DNA of 63,979 nt, filler included, from Octopus bimaculoides (lineage: Eukaryota), in NCBI RefSeq assembly GCF_001194135.2. It is 7 parts of 7 records of this genome, joined end to end, with 100 filler letters (N's around TTAATTAATTAA, not from the genome) between each part and the next. Parts side by side here need not be neighbours in the genome. Positions count along the whole stretch, not along the records: positions 23,201 to 30,957 come from NC_068988.1; positions 31,058 to 46,715 come from NC_068985.1; 5 more parts are not named here. One strand, 5' to 3'. The notes under the pieces were generated by a model. It was not told the origin of the DNA and did not search any database. It was given only the letters and a program-made list of their open reading frames with translations. Every line of letters starts with the position of its first letter. Position 1 is the first letter of the stretch. The position numbers and the translations under genes are program-made. Positions 25,126 through 37,600 of this stretch are shown here, piece by piece.

Positions 25126-26575
25126 TACCTAGTTGATTTTACAGACGCTGTAGATACATATTTCCCTAATTAATACTGTTACACGCGCCCGCGCGCACAC
25201 ATAATTGTTTAATTTTACGCGTGCCATATGTATTTAATTAATTCTATCTCCCTTTATAATTTTGTTAAAGTCCAAATAAGGCCGCATAATTTAAAAATAG
25301 GTTATTTTGTTTCTGTTTATTTTTTTTAATGGATTATAAAGACATTGCAAGTGAGAGGTGACATATGTCAGCGAAACGATGAGGCACAATCAATAGTTCT
25401 AAGCAGAGACAGCTCAATGTATACACTTACAATCCAACCACCTATTTATTTGCTTATTTATTTATCTATTTTGATTCACGGTTGGTAGGGAGCGTGTGTG
25501 GTTGGAGTGCATGGTGGCAGTGAGTCCCTGGAATGTTGTGTCTGTGTGTATGTTTATAGAATGGAGAAAGAACCTCTTTACTTCTTCGACTCGTTCCGGC
25601 TATCTTATTCATTACCATTCTTTCCGGATGCCAGAGACGATAGTAGCGCCACCTCGGCAGTTATAGTGGCAGAATATTCTCAGTAGGAACTCCACAACGA
25701 GAGGAGTGGAGCGGTAAAGATATCTGAGGTGGAAGACTTGGAAAAAGGCGGAAAGAAAATTATCTTCCTTCAAGACAATGGGTCTCTCAAGAATGTGTGA
25801 GTGCGTGTGTGTGTGTGCACGTGCGCGCGGGTGTGTGTGTGCGTGTGTCTGCATACGTGCTTTTGCGTGTATGTGTGTCTTCTGAAGATGTGTGTGTGTG
25901 CGGCTGTGCACTCTAAAACAAGCCTAGTCTCAGATGTACATCGAAACGAATAGTGTGTGTGTGTGTGTGTGAGTGTGTGTGTGTATGCGTGTGTGTGTAT
26001 GGCTATATATGTATGTATGTATTTATATACATATGTATAAACACAAGTCTCACACACAAGTATTCTTTCTCTAAAATGTGGCCATGCTGAAGCACATTTG
26101 TTAAACGATTTTGTCTATCGTACCGATCCAAGTAGATATTTCGTTCTGGCATTTATTTTATCGATCTTCATTTGTCTCTTTTCCCTTCCTCTCTCTGTAT
26201 ATGCGTGTATGCATGTCTAAGTGCAAGTGTATGCATGCATATGTGTAACGTGTGTGCTTACACGCGCGCGCGTGCGTGAGTTATGACGGTGCAATAGTAC
26301 ACTTCACCCATTCCCACAAATATACAGTTGCATGTGCTACGGTCACTGCTCCCACCACATTTGGAAAGAATATAGAACACGCATTACTAAATAGATTTGC
26401 GTATATACATCGACAATCTATCTATGTATGCACACACACATATACGCACACACATACACACATAAATGTATGTATATACACACCTACAAATATACACATA
26501 TATGTAGATAGATGAATATATATACTTATACTTGTGTATTTATATGTATACATATATATGTATGCATGCGAGTGC

Positions 26576-26619
<44 letters not shown>

Positions 26620-27179
26620 GATTTAAAATAGTTTGATTCGGTTTCATGGTACGTCAAGTTTCGCAGGTCCCTGACGGGAGACCGAGTCCTTCAGGGTTCT
26701 GATGCATTTATGTATGTGTATATATACGCATTTATTTTATAAATAGAACAATTAAATCTCCGTCGATATCATCATTAGGTATTCTGTTGCTCAGTCAGTA
26801 TATAAGTAACTGAGTCTTCCATGGACACGTCTACCCTACAGACAGAATTAGTATGCATCTGTGTGTAACCTTCGAGTTATTGATTCAATCCAACAGACGT
26901 GCTTCCATACAATTTCTGCCTATCCAGTTTCACTGACCAGACATGGGTCGACCCGAGAAGATGGTGAAAAACACTTGTCTGATATGACGCAGTGAGACTG
27001 AACACAAGACGTTGGAGTCTTGAAACCAACTGTTAAATATTCCACCCTGCCTTGACTATCTAACTGTCTGTCTGTCTGTCTGTATGTATGTATGTATGTC
27101 TATCTCTGTGTATACATACATACAAACACAGATATACATATATAAGTATATACATAAATATATTATATGTGAATATATA

Positions 27180-27398
27180 CGAGAGGCATGGTGCAAAACC
27201 TCCTGGTTTTAAGGGTATCGCTGAAAGCCTGGTTGGAAGCCCAAACTTCCGAGGTCTTTCACAGGGCATAGAAAAACTGAAGGACATCTGCAATAAGTGT
27301 GTGAATATGAGAGAGGAATATGTTTAACAAAATCATAATTAACTGACACTCCTGCATTTTCTTTTACCGAAAGCCAGGAACTTTTCAGCATTCCCTCT
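27180..27398 (+). mobile_element. Mariner-derived MITE
   Basis: TA-flanked; one end AAAGCCAGGAACTTTTCAGC; retains transposase C-terminal remnant GIEKLKDICNKCVNMREEYV*; same family as 61210-61441. Confidence 0.8.
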
Positions 27399-28092
27399 TA
27401 TAGATGTGTATATGCATCTGTACATATGAATATTTGTGTATATATAAATATAAATTACTATATATATATATATATATAATTTTATTTTATCTTTTTAAAG
27501 TAGTTTCAGCTGACACACACACACACACACATACATACACACACATATATATATATATAAATAATTCTAATACTCTAGAGATGTTTGTGTGTATCCAAAA
27601 TATTTCAGAAATAGTATATTTTATCTTAATTTTTCTTTTTTTTTTTGCATATTTATTTTCATACTTACCTTCGGCAGTGCAGTACAAATTTTTGTGATAT
27701 CTGAAACTCTATTTATTAATGAAAACGATTAAACACAGTTTTAGTCTGTTATTTCTTGAAAAATAAACATGGCTTCCGTGACGTCAACATACATACACAC
27801 ATACAGAATACACACATATAATGAATGTCATGGCGTGTCAGTCAACACAAGCACACGCCCGCTATCTGTGACATATACACACACATAGTCCCGGAATCTC
27901 TAATAAAAAAAAAGCTAATTTTTTGACGTACACAGTATTTTAATCATTTAGAAATATTTTTAACTGAACGTAATTTCAAAAATGTAAGTTATTTGTACAG
28001 TATTTATATTTTAGCCTTCTTGACATAGACAATATTTTAATGTTTTTTTTATTATCTTCAAGTGAATGGCGATCCTTCGCTTGTCATGCGGA

Positions 28093-28203
28093 GTTCGTTA
28101 ATTTCTGTAAATTTTTATTTATTTATTTACTTTTGTTTTAAAGTGAAAGAGAGCAGAAAGTGGAAGATGTATGTACGTGTATATGGAATGGGCGTGTGTG
28201 TGT

Positions 28204-28243
<40 letters not shown>

Positions 28244-28809
28244 NNNNNNNNNNGAAAGAGAGAGAGAGAGTGAAGAAGAGAGAGAGAGGAAGAGAGAGAG
28301 AGAGAGAGGAAGAGAGAGAGAGAGAGGAAGAGAGAGGAAGAGAGAGAGAGAGAGGAAGAGAGAGAAAGGAAGAGAGAGAGAGGAAGAGAGAGAGAGAGTG
28401 TGTGTGTGAAAAAGAGAGAGAGAGAAGAAGAGAGAGAGCGAGAAAGAGAGTAAGTGAAGGGGTGTGTTGTCATGTATACGTACATACATCAATACATATG
28501 CGTGCATCTTTTTTGTATGTACGTGTGCATGTGTGTGTGTGTGCGAGAGCCAGAGAAAAGATGAGGGAGTGAAGGGGTATGTGTTCTCATGTATGTGTAA
28601 GTGGCACTCTCTCTCTCTTTCTCCCTCTTTCTCCCTGTGTCTCTTTCTCTCTCTCTCTCTTTCTTCCCCCCTCTCTCTCTCTCTCTCTCTTTCCCCCATC
28701 TCTCTCTGTCACACACACACACGTCCATTTCACATACACGTTCATACATCTTTAACATTCTCCTCTCTTTCGCTTTAAAATAAAAAAGTTTTTACGGAAA
28801 TTAACAAAC
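28093..28809. repeat. Fold-back element: ~110-bp imperfect inverted arms around (GA)n/(CT)n core
   Basis: GTTAATTTCTGTAAA..TTTTAAAGTGAAAGAGAG..GATGTATGTACGTGTAT versus ..ATACACGTTCATACATC..CTCTCTTTCGCTTTAAAA..TTTACGGAAATTAAC. Confidence 0.85.
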
Positions 28810-28920
28810 AAAACCAGCTGAACCGGATGAGAGTTCTGAGAGTCAAACGACAGATCGCCCCAAGGGAAGACCATTACAAAATTTTTGGAGTGCATTCAAC
28901 GTATGTCAGCTCCAAAGAAT

Positions 28921-29025
28921 TGGCTGCTATTTCTAGCACGTCTTGCTACCACGTAACAGGTATTTGCGATAAAGGACCCGAAATACCTGTTACGCAGTAG
29001 CAGGGCGTGCAAGAAAGAGAAGCCA
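28921..29025. ncRNA. Candidate pri-miRNA hairpin (strand unresolved)
   Basis: 45-position bulge-free stem, 38 Watson-Crick + 2 G.U pairs, 5 mismatches, 15-nt loop (28966-28980), in non-repeat sequence; no match to conserved miRNA families I can recall. Confidence 0.5.
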
Positions 29026-29224
29026 AATCTTTCCTTATTCTGGGGAAAGAGCTATTTACGCGTGATTTCGATGTCACATTCGTTGAAAGCATGCGAAATA
29101 ACCTGGATAAGAAAAAGAAAACCCACGAAACAAAATTCCATTGCTGGGAAACACGGACTTTCCAGGTGACCCAACGGATCTCGGATAGTCTAGTATATAT
29201 ATAATTATACATTCTTTCATTTTT

Positions 29225-29329
29225 TACTTATTCTGTCGGTCTTTGGCTCAACCGCTATGTTACGGTGACATAAACGCACCAACATGGGTTGTCAAAGCGA
29301 TGGAGGGGGACAAACACAAACACACGCAA

Positions 29330-29362
<33 letters not shown>

Positions 29363-29530
29363 CACAAATACACACACACACACACACACATATATATCGG
29401 GCTTCTTTCAGTTTCCCTCTACCAAATCCACACAAGGCATTGGTCGGCTCGAGTGTTGCGCAAGATGCCACGCAGTGGGACTGAACTCGGAACCATGTGG
29501 TTGGTAAGCAAGCTTCTTACCATACAGCCA
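29225..29530 (-). mobile_element. SINE family A, partially deleted
   Basis: Reverse-complement match to family A head and mid-tail. Confidence 0.85.
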
Positions 29531-29571
29531 GTCCTGTATATATATATTATATGCATATACATATTTATATA

Positions 29572-30893
29572 CAGGGTGTTTCAAAAAATTTGATATCATT
29601 TCGCAATCAAATATCTTTGTCAGTCCTTGATTAAATGACTTCCAATTTTAACAGTATGTGTAAAAGCAAATCAAAATTTTATGTTTAATGTTTAATATGT
29701 TTATCTTTTCAGGTATAGAAATGGCATTCACTGGAAGAGAAAGGGTGTTTTGTGTGTTGGAGTATGTTCGAACACAGTCGAACAAGAGTGTGCAGCGTAC
29801 ATTTGTGAGAGAGTTCTCTAAAATGTCACCAACGGCAATGCAGATTTAGACATGGCACAAAAAATTCATAGAGGAAGGCTGTCTGCGCAGCGCAAAAGGA
29901 TCTGGATCACTATTAACACCGGAAGCCCCAAGAAGTCCATTAAGAAGAACAAGTCTGGAAACCCAGATTCCTCCAACGACAGTTTCGCATGTGCTGAGGA
30001 AACGCTTGCTAATGAAACCCTACAAGCTGCAGCTTGTTCAGGCCATAACAGCAAATGACAAGCGAAAGCGCAAACAGATCTGTGTTGATATGCAAGAGAA
30101 ACTTGAAGAACCCGAGTTCAAGGAACATCTATCTTATTTTCAGTGATGAGGCCACATTTCATATGAATGGCAAAGTCAATAAGAATAATATTGGCATTTG
30201 GGGTGAAGAAAATCACCATGCCACAGTTGAGCATGAGAGGGACTCACCAAAAGTGAATGTGTTCTGTGCCATCTCCAAGAAGCATCTTCATGGCCCGTTT
30301 TACTGTGAAGGAAATGTGACCGGCAATGTTATCTGCAAATGCTTCAGAACTGGCTAATGCATGAGCTCATTGCAAATGAACATGAAGATTTTATTTTTCA
30401 ACAAGATAGGGCTTCACCTCACTGGAATCTCACTGTGCGGGCTTATCTCAATGGCAAACTGAAAGGGAGATGGATCGGGCGTGCTGCTGTTGAAGACAAT
30501 GTGCTGCTGAAATAGCCGCCACATTCACCTGACCTGACGCCTTGCAAATGTTTCTCTGAGACTATGTGAAGGGCCTGGTGTGCCCACCCTTTGTGCAAAC
30601 TAGAACTCGAGCAGGGAATCAATACCACACTGGAGACTGTTATCCAAGACATGCTGCAGCGTGTTTGGGAGGAGTTGGACTACCGACTTGACGTGTGCTG
30701 TATTTCAGGCAGTGCACATATTGAACTTTGGAAAATCGTTCATGGAATCCACATGCTCTTGAATATCTCATTCAAATTTGGAGGAATAAATTTTATGTTC
30801 CTCCACATTAAGTCAGTTTAGTTTTATTGGCTTTGACTGTAGTTTCTATGATATTTACATCTCAAATGATATCAAGTTTATTGAAACAACCTG
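29572..30893 (+). mobile_element. Tc1/mariner transposon, rosa (DD41D)-like, full length, inactivated
   Basis: TIRs CAGGGTGTTTCAAAAAATTTGATATC / GATATCAAGTTTATTGAAACAACCTG; motifs FSDEATFH, SPKVNVFCAIS, FQQD.ASPH, RWIGR, PPHSPDLTPC. Confidence 0.9.
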
Positions 30894-31057
30894 CGTCATT
30901 CTCTCTCTCTCACTCCCTCCCCCACTCTCACTCACTCACTCACTCACTCACTCACTCNNNNNNNNNNNNNNNNNNNNNNNNNNNNNNNNNNNNNNNNNNN
31001 NTTAATTAATTAANNNNNNNNNNNNNNNNNNNNNNNNNNNNNNNNNNNNNNNNNNNN

Positions 31058-31381
31058 CAAAGACCTGGAAATAGAGATAACTCGAATGTGGAATCTAAAA
31101 ACAGAAACAATTCCTATCATAGTAGGTGCCTTAGGTATAATAAAAAAATATTCAGACAAATACATAACAAAAACACCAGGACTTACAAATATATATAACA
31201 TACAGAAAATTGCACTACTGGGTACTGCACACATTCTACGCAAAACACTTTCAATACAGTAAACATAAGAGCACCACAGCAAACCACAGCACATACCCAA
31301 GGCGCACAGAGCTGCGCTCGGTAGTGAAGTGAAAGCACGTTATAAAAATTAAACTACTGAACAATAATAATAATAATAATA
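31058..31381 (+). mobile_element. R4/Dong-like non-LTR retrotransposon 3' end (restriction-like endonuclease C-terminus), 3' UTR and (AAT)n
   Basis: Uninterrupted frame KDLEIEITRMWNLKTETIPIIVGALGIIKK...IQKIALLGTAHILRKTLSIQ*; ends in AATAATAAT repeat; 5' side lost in gap. Confidence 0.85.
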
Positions 31382-31489
31382 ATCGACTGAGTACTCTTTT
31401 TTCCACCTTGTTGCACATCTATGTGCTTACTCCGGTATATAATATATATATATATATATATACACATACACATATGTGTGTATGTGCGT

Positions 31490-31662
31490 CTGTGTGTGTA
31501 TACGACGGGCTTCTTTCAGTTTCCGTCTACCAAATCCACTCACAAGACTTTGGTCGGCCCGAGGCTATAGAAGAAGACACTTACCCAAGGTATCACACAG
31601 TGGGACTGAATCTACAACCATGTGGTTGGGAAGCAAATTTCTTGCTGCACAACCACGCCTGC
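31490..31662 (-). mobile_element. SINE family A 5' half
   Basis: Reverse-complement match to family A head. Confidence 0.85.
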
Positions 31663-34600
31663 ACCTGAAGAATCTTTGTCGCTATCGAACACCTGAAAAT
31701 ATTTGTTTTGTTCCGAGGAGGATAATTTTTTTGTTTTTTTCGAAAGGAATGAAATCAATCTGAGCCCATCACTTCTTCAGTGTCTTTATGATAAGGTGCT
31801 GTGCTATACCATAATATACAATACCACGCACGCATGCACACATACACTCACATGCATTATACATAAGTTAAAAAAACAGAATGTACCAAGGCTGTCAAAC
31901 CACAATATTCCATCTGGCTGTCTTCTACTGAAAAATATTAACAATAACTCCCATAGGAAGAACAACTTTATCAACAACAAAAACAACAAATGTTTGAAAA
32001 TTAACCTTATTTCATACCGGTCTCACAAAACAATTTCCCACCAGGAATGTTTTTTTCACAGTTTAATCAGTTCAATGGTTTATAAGTTTTATTTAAAACT
32101 ACGTCTATTAGATTAATTCACCGTCAAATCACGACGTTGAGATATAATTTACAATGTCCCACCGGCTCTTTAAATTGGATTAGATTTGTCGCGCGAACAA
32201 ACTTAGTACAACGCCAATAACTTCATTTTAAAACTGTCGGCTACAATCGGTCAACAATGGTCACATGATGCTTATATTTTGCTATATTCATTAGAAAGAA
32301 AATCGACGTGAACTCTTCTAAAGTTCAAATGGAGCGTGCACTGTCTAGGCCAATAGTTGATGTAAAAGAAACCAAAACAGAAAAAAAAAACAATAGCAGA
32401 ATGCTGTTGACAAGATTCTGGATGTGTCTGTAATTATAGACTTAGATTTCGATTGTAGGTCTATGGCTCAGTTCTGACCAATTTAGTCGCGATTTGCGAA
32501 AGTTTGGCGTTGCAAATAAAAGTTGTGTGATGAATATAAATGAGTAATGAACTCCTAAAAATATCACATTTGCCCTTTTCCCAATTGCTGCGTCGACACA
32601 TCTTTTACAAACAATAACAATATCAACAATAAAAATCGCAAAAAAAATAATTTTGTTATATTTTTCTTGTTATTTACACCGCATTATTTTGCGTATCTAA
32701 AGCAGCATTGTTCGTGTTGTTATCATTACTACTGCTGTTACTGTGCTTTGTGATATGTTTCGCTTTCTTCTAAATTCACTTGTTCTTTTTTGCTTCTGTT
32801 TTTTTTTTTGCTGTTGTTTTTGTTGTTGTTTTTTTATATCTCAAGTTATCTTTTATAGCCGAGAGCTCTGTCATTAATCTATAGAAAAATAAACGCAAGT
32901 TTATTAATTTTTCGAAGTTTTATGAGTGAGTATTTTTTTTTCTAATATTTGCTCTCGCCTTTATTTATAATATTGTTGTTGTTGATGATGATTTTGTTAT
33001 ACAGTAAAAAACACAATGTGAGTACAAAGCTATGTAACTGTTTTCGGATTTTACTTTTTTTTTTGCTTTCCTTTGTATTTTTACTAGAAATAATTTTAGA
33101 ATTATACGTTTGCAAAACAGTTGGAAATATAATGATAAATAATACTGGTTGTAGTGCTTTGCTTTGAGGGTCGAAGTCTCATATTGTTCATTCGTTTTAT
33201 TATTAAACAGCGTGTGCGTTGACAAGATATTATGCTTGTCACAATCTTGGTTAATAAACTGTATGATTAATACTCAGGAAAACCCTGTGACATGTAATAA
33301 AGGGTAATATTAAAAGGAAAAAAAACTATCGTTCTAATAAATAGATATATACAAATTTGGATATAACTAGCGAATATATATTGTATTTCTTATTTTTAAT
33401 ATGAGGAATTTTTTCGGGAAGTTATATATCAAGATTATGGTAACAACACACTGGAACTTCTTAATTCATATATGAAGTTGATACGTAGAATACACCACCA
33501 CCGCTACTCAGTAAAAAAAGTAGAAAAAGTATTTTTACCCCATAGAACGTTTTTTTTTCCTCCTTTACAGAAAATTTCTTTAATACTAAAAAAAAATGTC
33601 CAATAACTGACTGAATTATATAGAATGACAGAACAATGATTCAAAAATTACACACACAAAGAAAGAAAATCATTAAAAAAAACAGGAACTTTATAACATT
33701 TATCTTTTAGCAGAAGAATTTATCGATAAACAAATGTCTAAAAGCATTTATCACTCGATAATATTATAAGCACATGATAATGGTTGAAGATTCTAGAATT
33801 ATGAACTAAACAATGAAAGCACCAAATTGAGGGTTTTCCATTGTATCTAATGTAAAGGTATCAAAGCATAGTAATCTATAAAGTCCTATATAATTCTTTA
33901 CAGGGTAAAAAATGTTAAAGATACTAAAATATTTAATATGCATCAGCTTTCGCAGATAGATAATCGATCACCATCAGAACAAATATAATTTGTCTTTTCT
34001 AGTTATTAAAAAAAAATAGATAAGATATTAAAGAATAATTTTTACCTATTTATCAGTATGGCGCGTGAACTATCTTGACATTTGATCTGTGGTATTATGC
34101 TCGATTGATTCTATATGGTTGACAAATCCTTTTACGCTATCTAAAACCACTTCTTTTTTCTTTTTTGCAGTTCTTCCTTCTATGTACAAGAGCATCCGTT
34201 TTTTAGAATTTCCTATGAAATATTCTCTAGTTGTCGCTATTGAATTCAGCGACTATTCACAACAGAATAGTCGACATGTTTAATAAGAAAAGCATGCTGT
34301 ACAAGTATATGGCCATTTCAACAAAGGAACCTACATGTAGTCACTTATCTGCCAGAAAAAGCAGTCAAATAATCTGTAAAGACAATTGCTACCGCCCTTC
34401 GGAAAGTATAAGGAAAACTGGAATATGTTATCCCTCTATAAATATGGGTTGGTTATAGAAAGACTGCTGTTTGTCATATAATTACTCAATCAGACTTAAT
34501 CTGAAGCTAAATAGCAACAACAACAATTACAAGGTTATATTTATGACTACTCCGAGTTTCTAGCTGAGAAAAGTTGAAAGTAATTGCCAAATGAGTAAGA

Positions 34601-35053
34601 CTATGGAAAGTATATCTTGTACTATGTTGAAGTGGAGGAAGGCAAAGTCATAGTGTCAGACCGAAAATTTAACCTCTTCCATTTGTCTTTAAATGAAAGT
34701 CATTGCACAGCCGAACCTAGAATATATGTAGTGATGAATGCATCAATATAAAAATGAAATGAGTAATGTACGGAAAGGGCAATTACAAGTTTATTAAAAT
34801 CGCCGTTTTGTCGTATCGAAACTTTTTTTTATACCCAGGCTTATTCCCCATTTTTGTAGAGGAGTGGGTAGCCATAAGACACACTCTAGGCATTCCATTC
34901 ATTCCCCAGCTCAAAGAGGCGAGCCCCGTTCTATGCTCGGGTCAAGGTATAGAATGCAACCCCCAATATTAGCAGCAGGGCCCAAAAGTATATGCTGGTT
35001 TACACCCGCTGCTTCATGCTGATTCCGTACCCTTTGGAGCAACACCAAATTCA

Positions 35054-35102
<49 letters not shown>

Positions 35103-35159
35103 TCTCTCTNNNNNNNNNNNNNNNNNNNNNNNNNNNNNNNNNNNNNNNNNNNNNNNNNN

Positions 35160-35211
<52 letters not shown>

Positions 35212-36199
35212 CATATGACGAAGTGGGTCGAAATTTTATTGAAAATATAGAGGATTTACAATCAAATAACCTTGTCCAGTGATTATATCGTCTGTGATAA
35301 TTACTTTTAAACGACATGCTTGACTATTATTATACAGTGTGAACACTGATGGCGTCTCTGAATTCTCAAACAATTGCTTTTCGTACACCATCCATTGTAC
35401 ATTCTTGTAGATTTATTTACTGATACTGCCATCACTACATCGGCAAATGCACTAACAGTTATGGTTTTATAAGTTTACAAACAGACCAAAACATGTCTAC
35501 AGTTGTATCTCGTACTTGTTAAAAACCAAAAAAATATTCACAATACATATTCATTTTTTCCTCACGCCCAAACAGTTACTTTGGAATGTTTACTACGTTA
35601 AATATGTTAACACTAACTTAAATATTATGTAAGCACATTCATGATGTCTTTTGATAGACCATAATTAGAATGCGACACCGAAGAATGCTGGTTCTTTTTC
35701 ATATTTGATATGTTTGATCGCATATCGAATTTGAGATAATATGAATATATCAATAAATTCGTGATTTCCCTTGGGTGAGATAGTAGAGAAACTATGTTAC
35801 AGCATTAAACTTTAAATTCAAATAAATATGTTTTAAAGTTAAATACGTTATATCTACTGAATGTTATCTGGAATCGTCTTCGTCTTCTGTTTTCCCAATC
35901 ATGGTTCGGAGACGATACAATTACATTTTAAAATTTAATTTGTGCTGAGTGAAACAAAATTCAATATTGTGACAACAATTTCGATGGACTAATTTAAAGA
36001 GATTTCAAGAGCGGGTACAGGCGTTTGATTATAACAACAGTTTCATAGTTAATTCCTACGCAACGCATGTTGCAAATACATTCAGTGGCATAATAGAAAG
36101 TCGACCATGACGTGATTAAGGTCAAACAAATTTCGTACGTGTGCAGGTGCGTGTGCGTGCGGACACACATGCACACACACACACATATTCTTTTATTCT

Positions 36200-36270
36200 T
36201 TTTTTTTACTTGTTTCAGTCATTTGACTGCGGCCATGCTGGAGCATCGCCTTTAGTCGAACAAATCCATC
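36200..36270 (-). mobile_element. SINE family A 3' tail
   Basis: TTTTACTTGTTTCAGTCATTTGACTGCGGCCATGCTGGAGCA. Confidence 0.8.
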
Positions 36271-36284
36271 ACTAACATCAGCAG

Positions 36285-36760
36285 AGATCACATCAATCAA
36301 GTTGTTAGCGATTTCAAGTACCTCGGTTCTGAGTTGCCCTCAACCATCAGGGATGGGAAAACTCAGATAGCCAAAGCATGATCGGCACTAAAAAGAAATA
36401 GATGTTGTCTGGAAATCAACCCTGTCAGACAACTCTTGGAGGCATTTTTTTGTGTAATGGCAGTCGGTCTTTTTGCATGGAGCTTACCAAAAAACTGAAG
36501 CTATCTTGGAGATCTCATCTCACCAAGAAACAGATGTGTGGAAATCTCCTGCCTGTTTACAACATTATAAGGGAAAGGTGCCTGCAGTATTACGTGACAT
36601 TGCTGGCGAGCTAAATAAGAGCTGGTAAATGGATGCCAAAGCATGGCCGAATTCGAGATAGTCACCGAAAGATAATATATGAAGATCAACTCACCACAAA
36701 CAGTAAATACTTCCATAAAGATCTCCTTCAACTAATGCAGACTGAGATGGAGGGAGTGCG
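36285..36760 (+). mobile_element. Decayed RTE-type LINE RT C-terminal fragment (different subfamily)
   Basis: QVVSDFKYLGSE..KTQIAKA, later IIRERCLQYY-like motif; multiple frameshifts. Confidence 0.65.
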
Positions 36761-37524
36761 CAGGTTCAGATTAAAAATATCCTAGCAAGCCCGACCAGAT
36801 GAAGATATGTATATATAGGAGTGTATGTGTGTGTGTGTATGAGTGTGAGTATATATACATACATACACACATACATACATACATACATACATACATACAT
36901 ACATACATACATGCAAACTCGTGCACATATGTACATCAGACATTGCTCAAGGTACCGTGCAATGGAAGTGAATCCGAAATTTTGAAGTTGTGAAACGAAT
37001 TTGTTAAGCATACTTCCATGCTTGTATGTATATGTGTATGTATGTGGGGGGTGTTAATATATTTAAGTGTGTGTTTGTATAACTACACACACACACACAC
37101 ATATACGCACACAAAAAATAAACAGGAAATAAACATTAATGAGCACAAACTCGAGATAAAAAGCACTTAGTTTTAAGTATAGAGTAATATAAAATTTAAT
37201 AGAACCTGAAACTTCCCTAAAGCGCATGACGAACCAAAAGATGAAACACGGAATACTCGAGTGTGTGTATGTGCGTGTCCGCTCACGTGCACAAACATGT
37301 AATAATATATTTCGTGATTAGACTGTCTCACGTCACATGTAAATTGAATTTGGGATGACAATGTTGGACATATATTATACTATATATACATTACTAGTGG
37401 GGCTGTACGCTTCGAGAACAGGAGTTTTTTTGTTGCAACGTGAGTCTGTTCTTCCTTTCCCCATCTTTCTCTGCCTTTTTCTCTGTCTCTCTCATTTGCT
37501 GGTTCCCATACACTTCTCTTCCAT

Positions 37525-37600
<76 letters not shown>

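Noticed and set aside
26645-26700. Hammerhead-like arrangement on minus strand (CUGAAGG..hairpin..CGAAAC..GUA)
   Set aside because: Core is CUGAAGG rather than CUGANGA and no stem I can form
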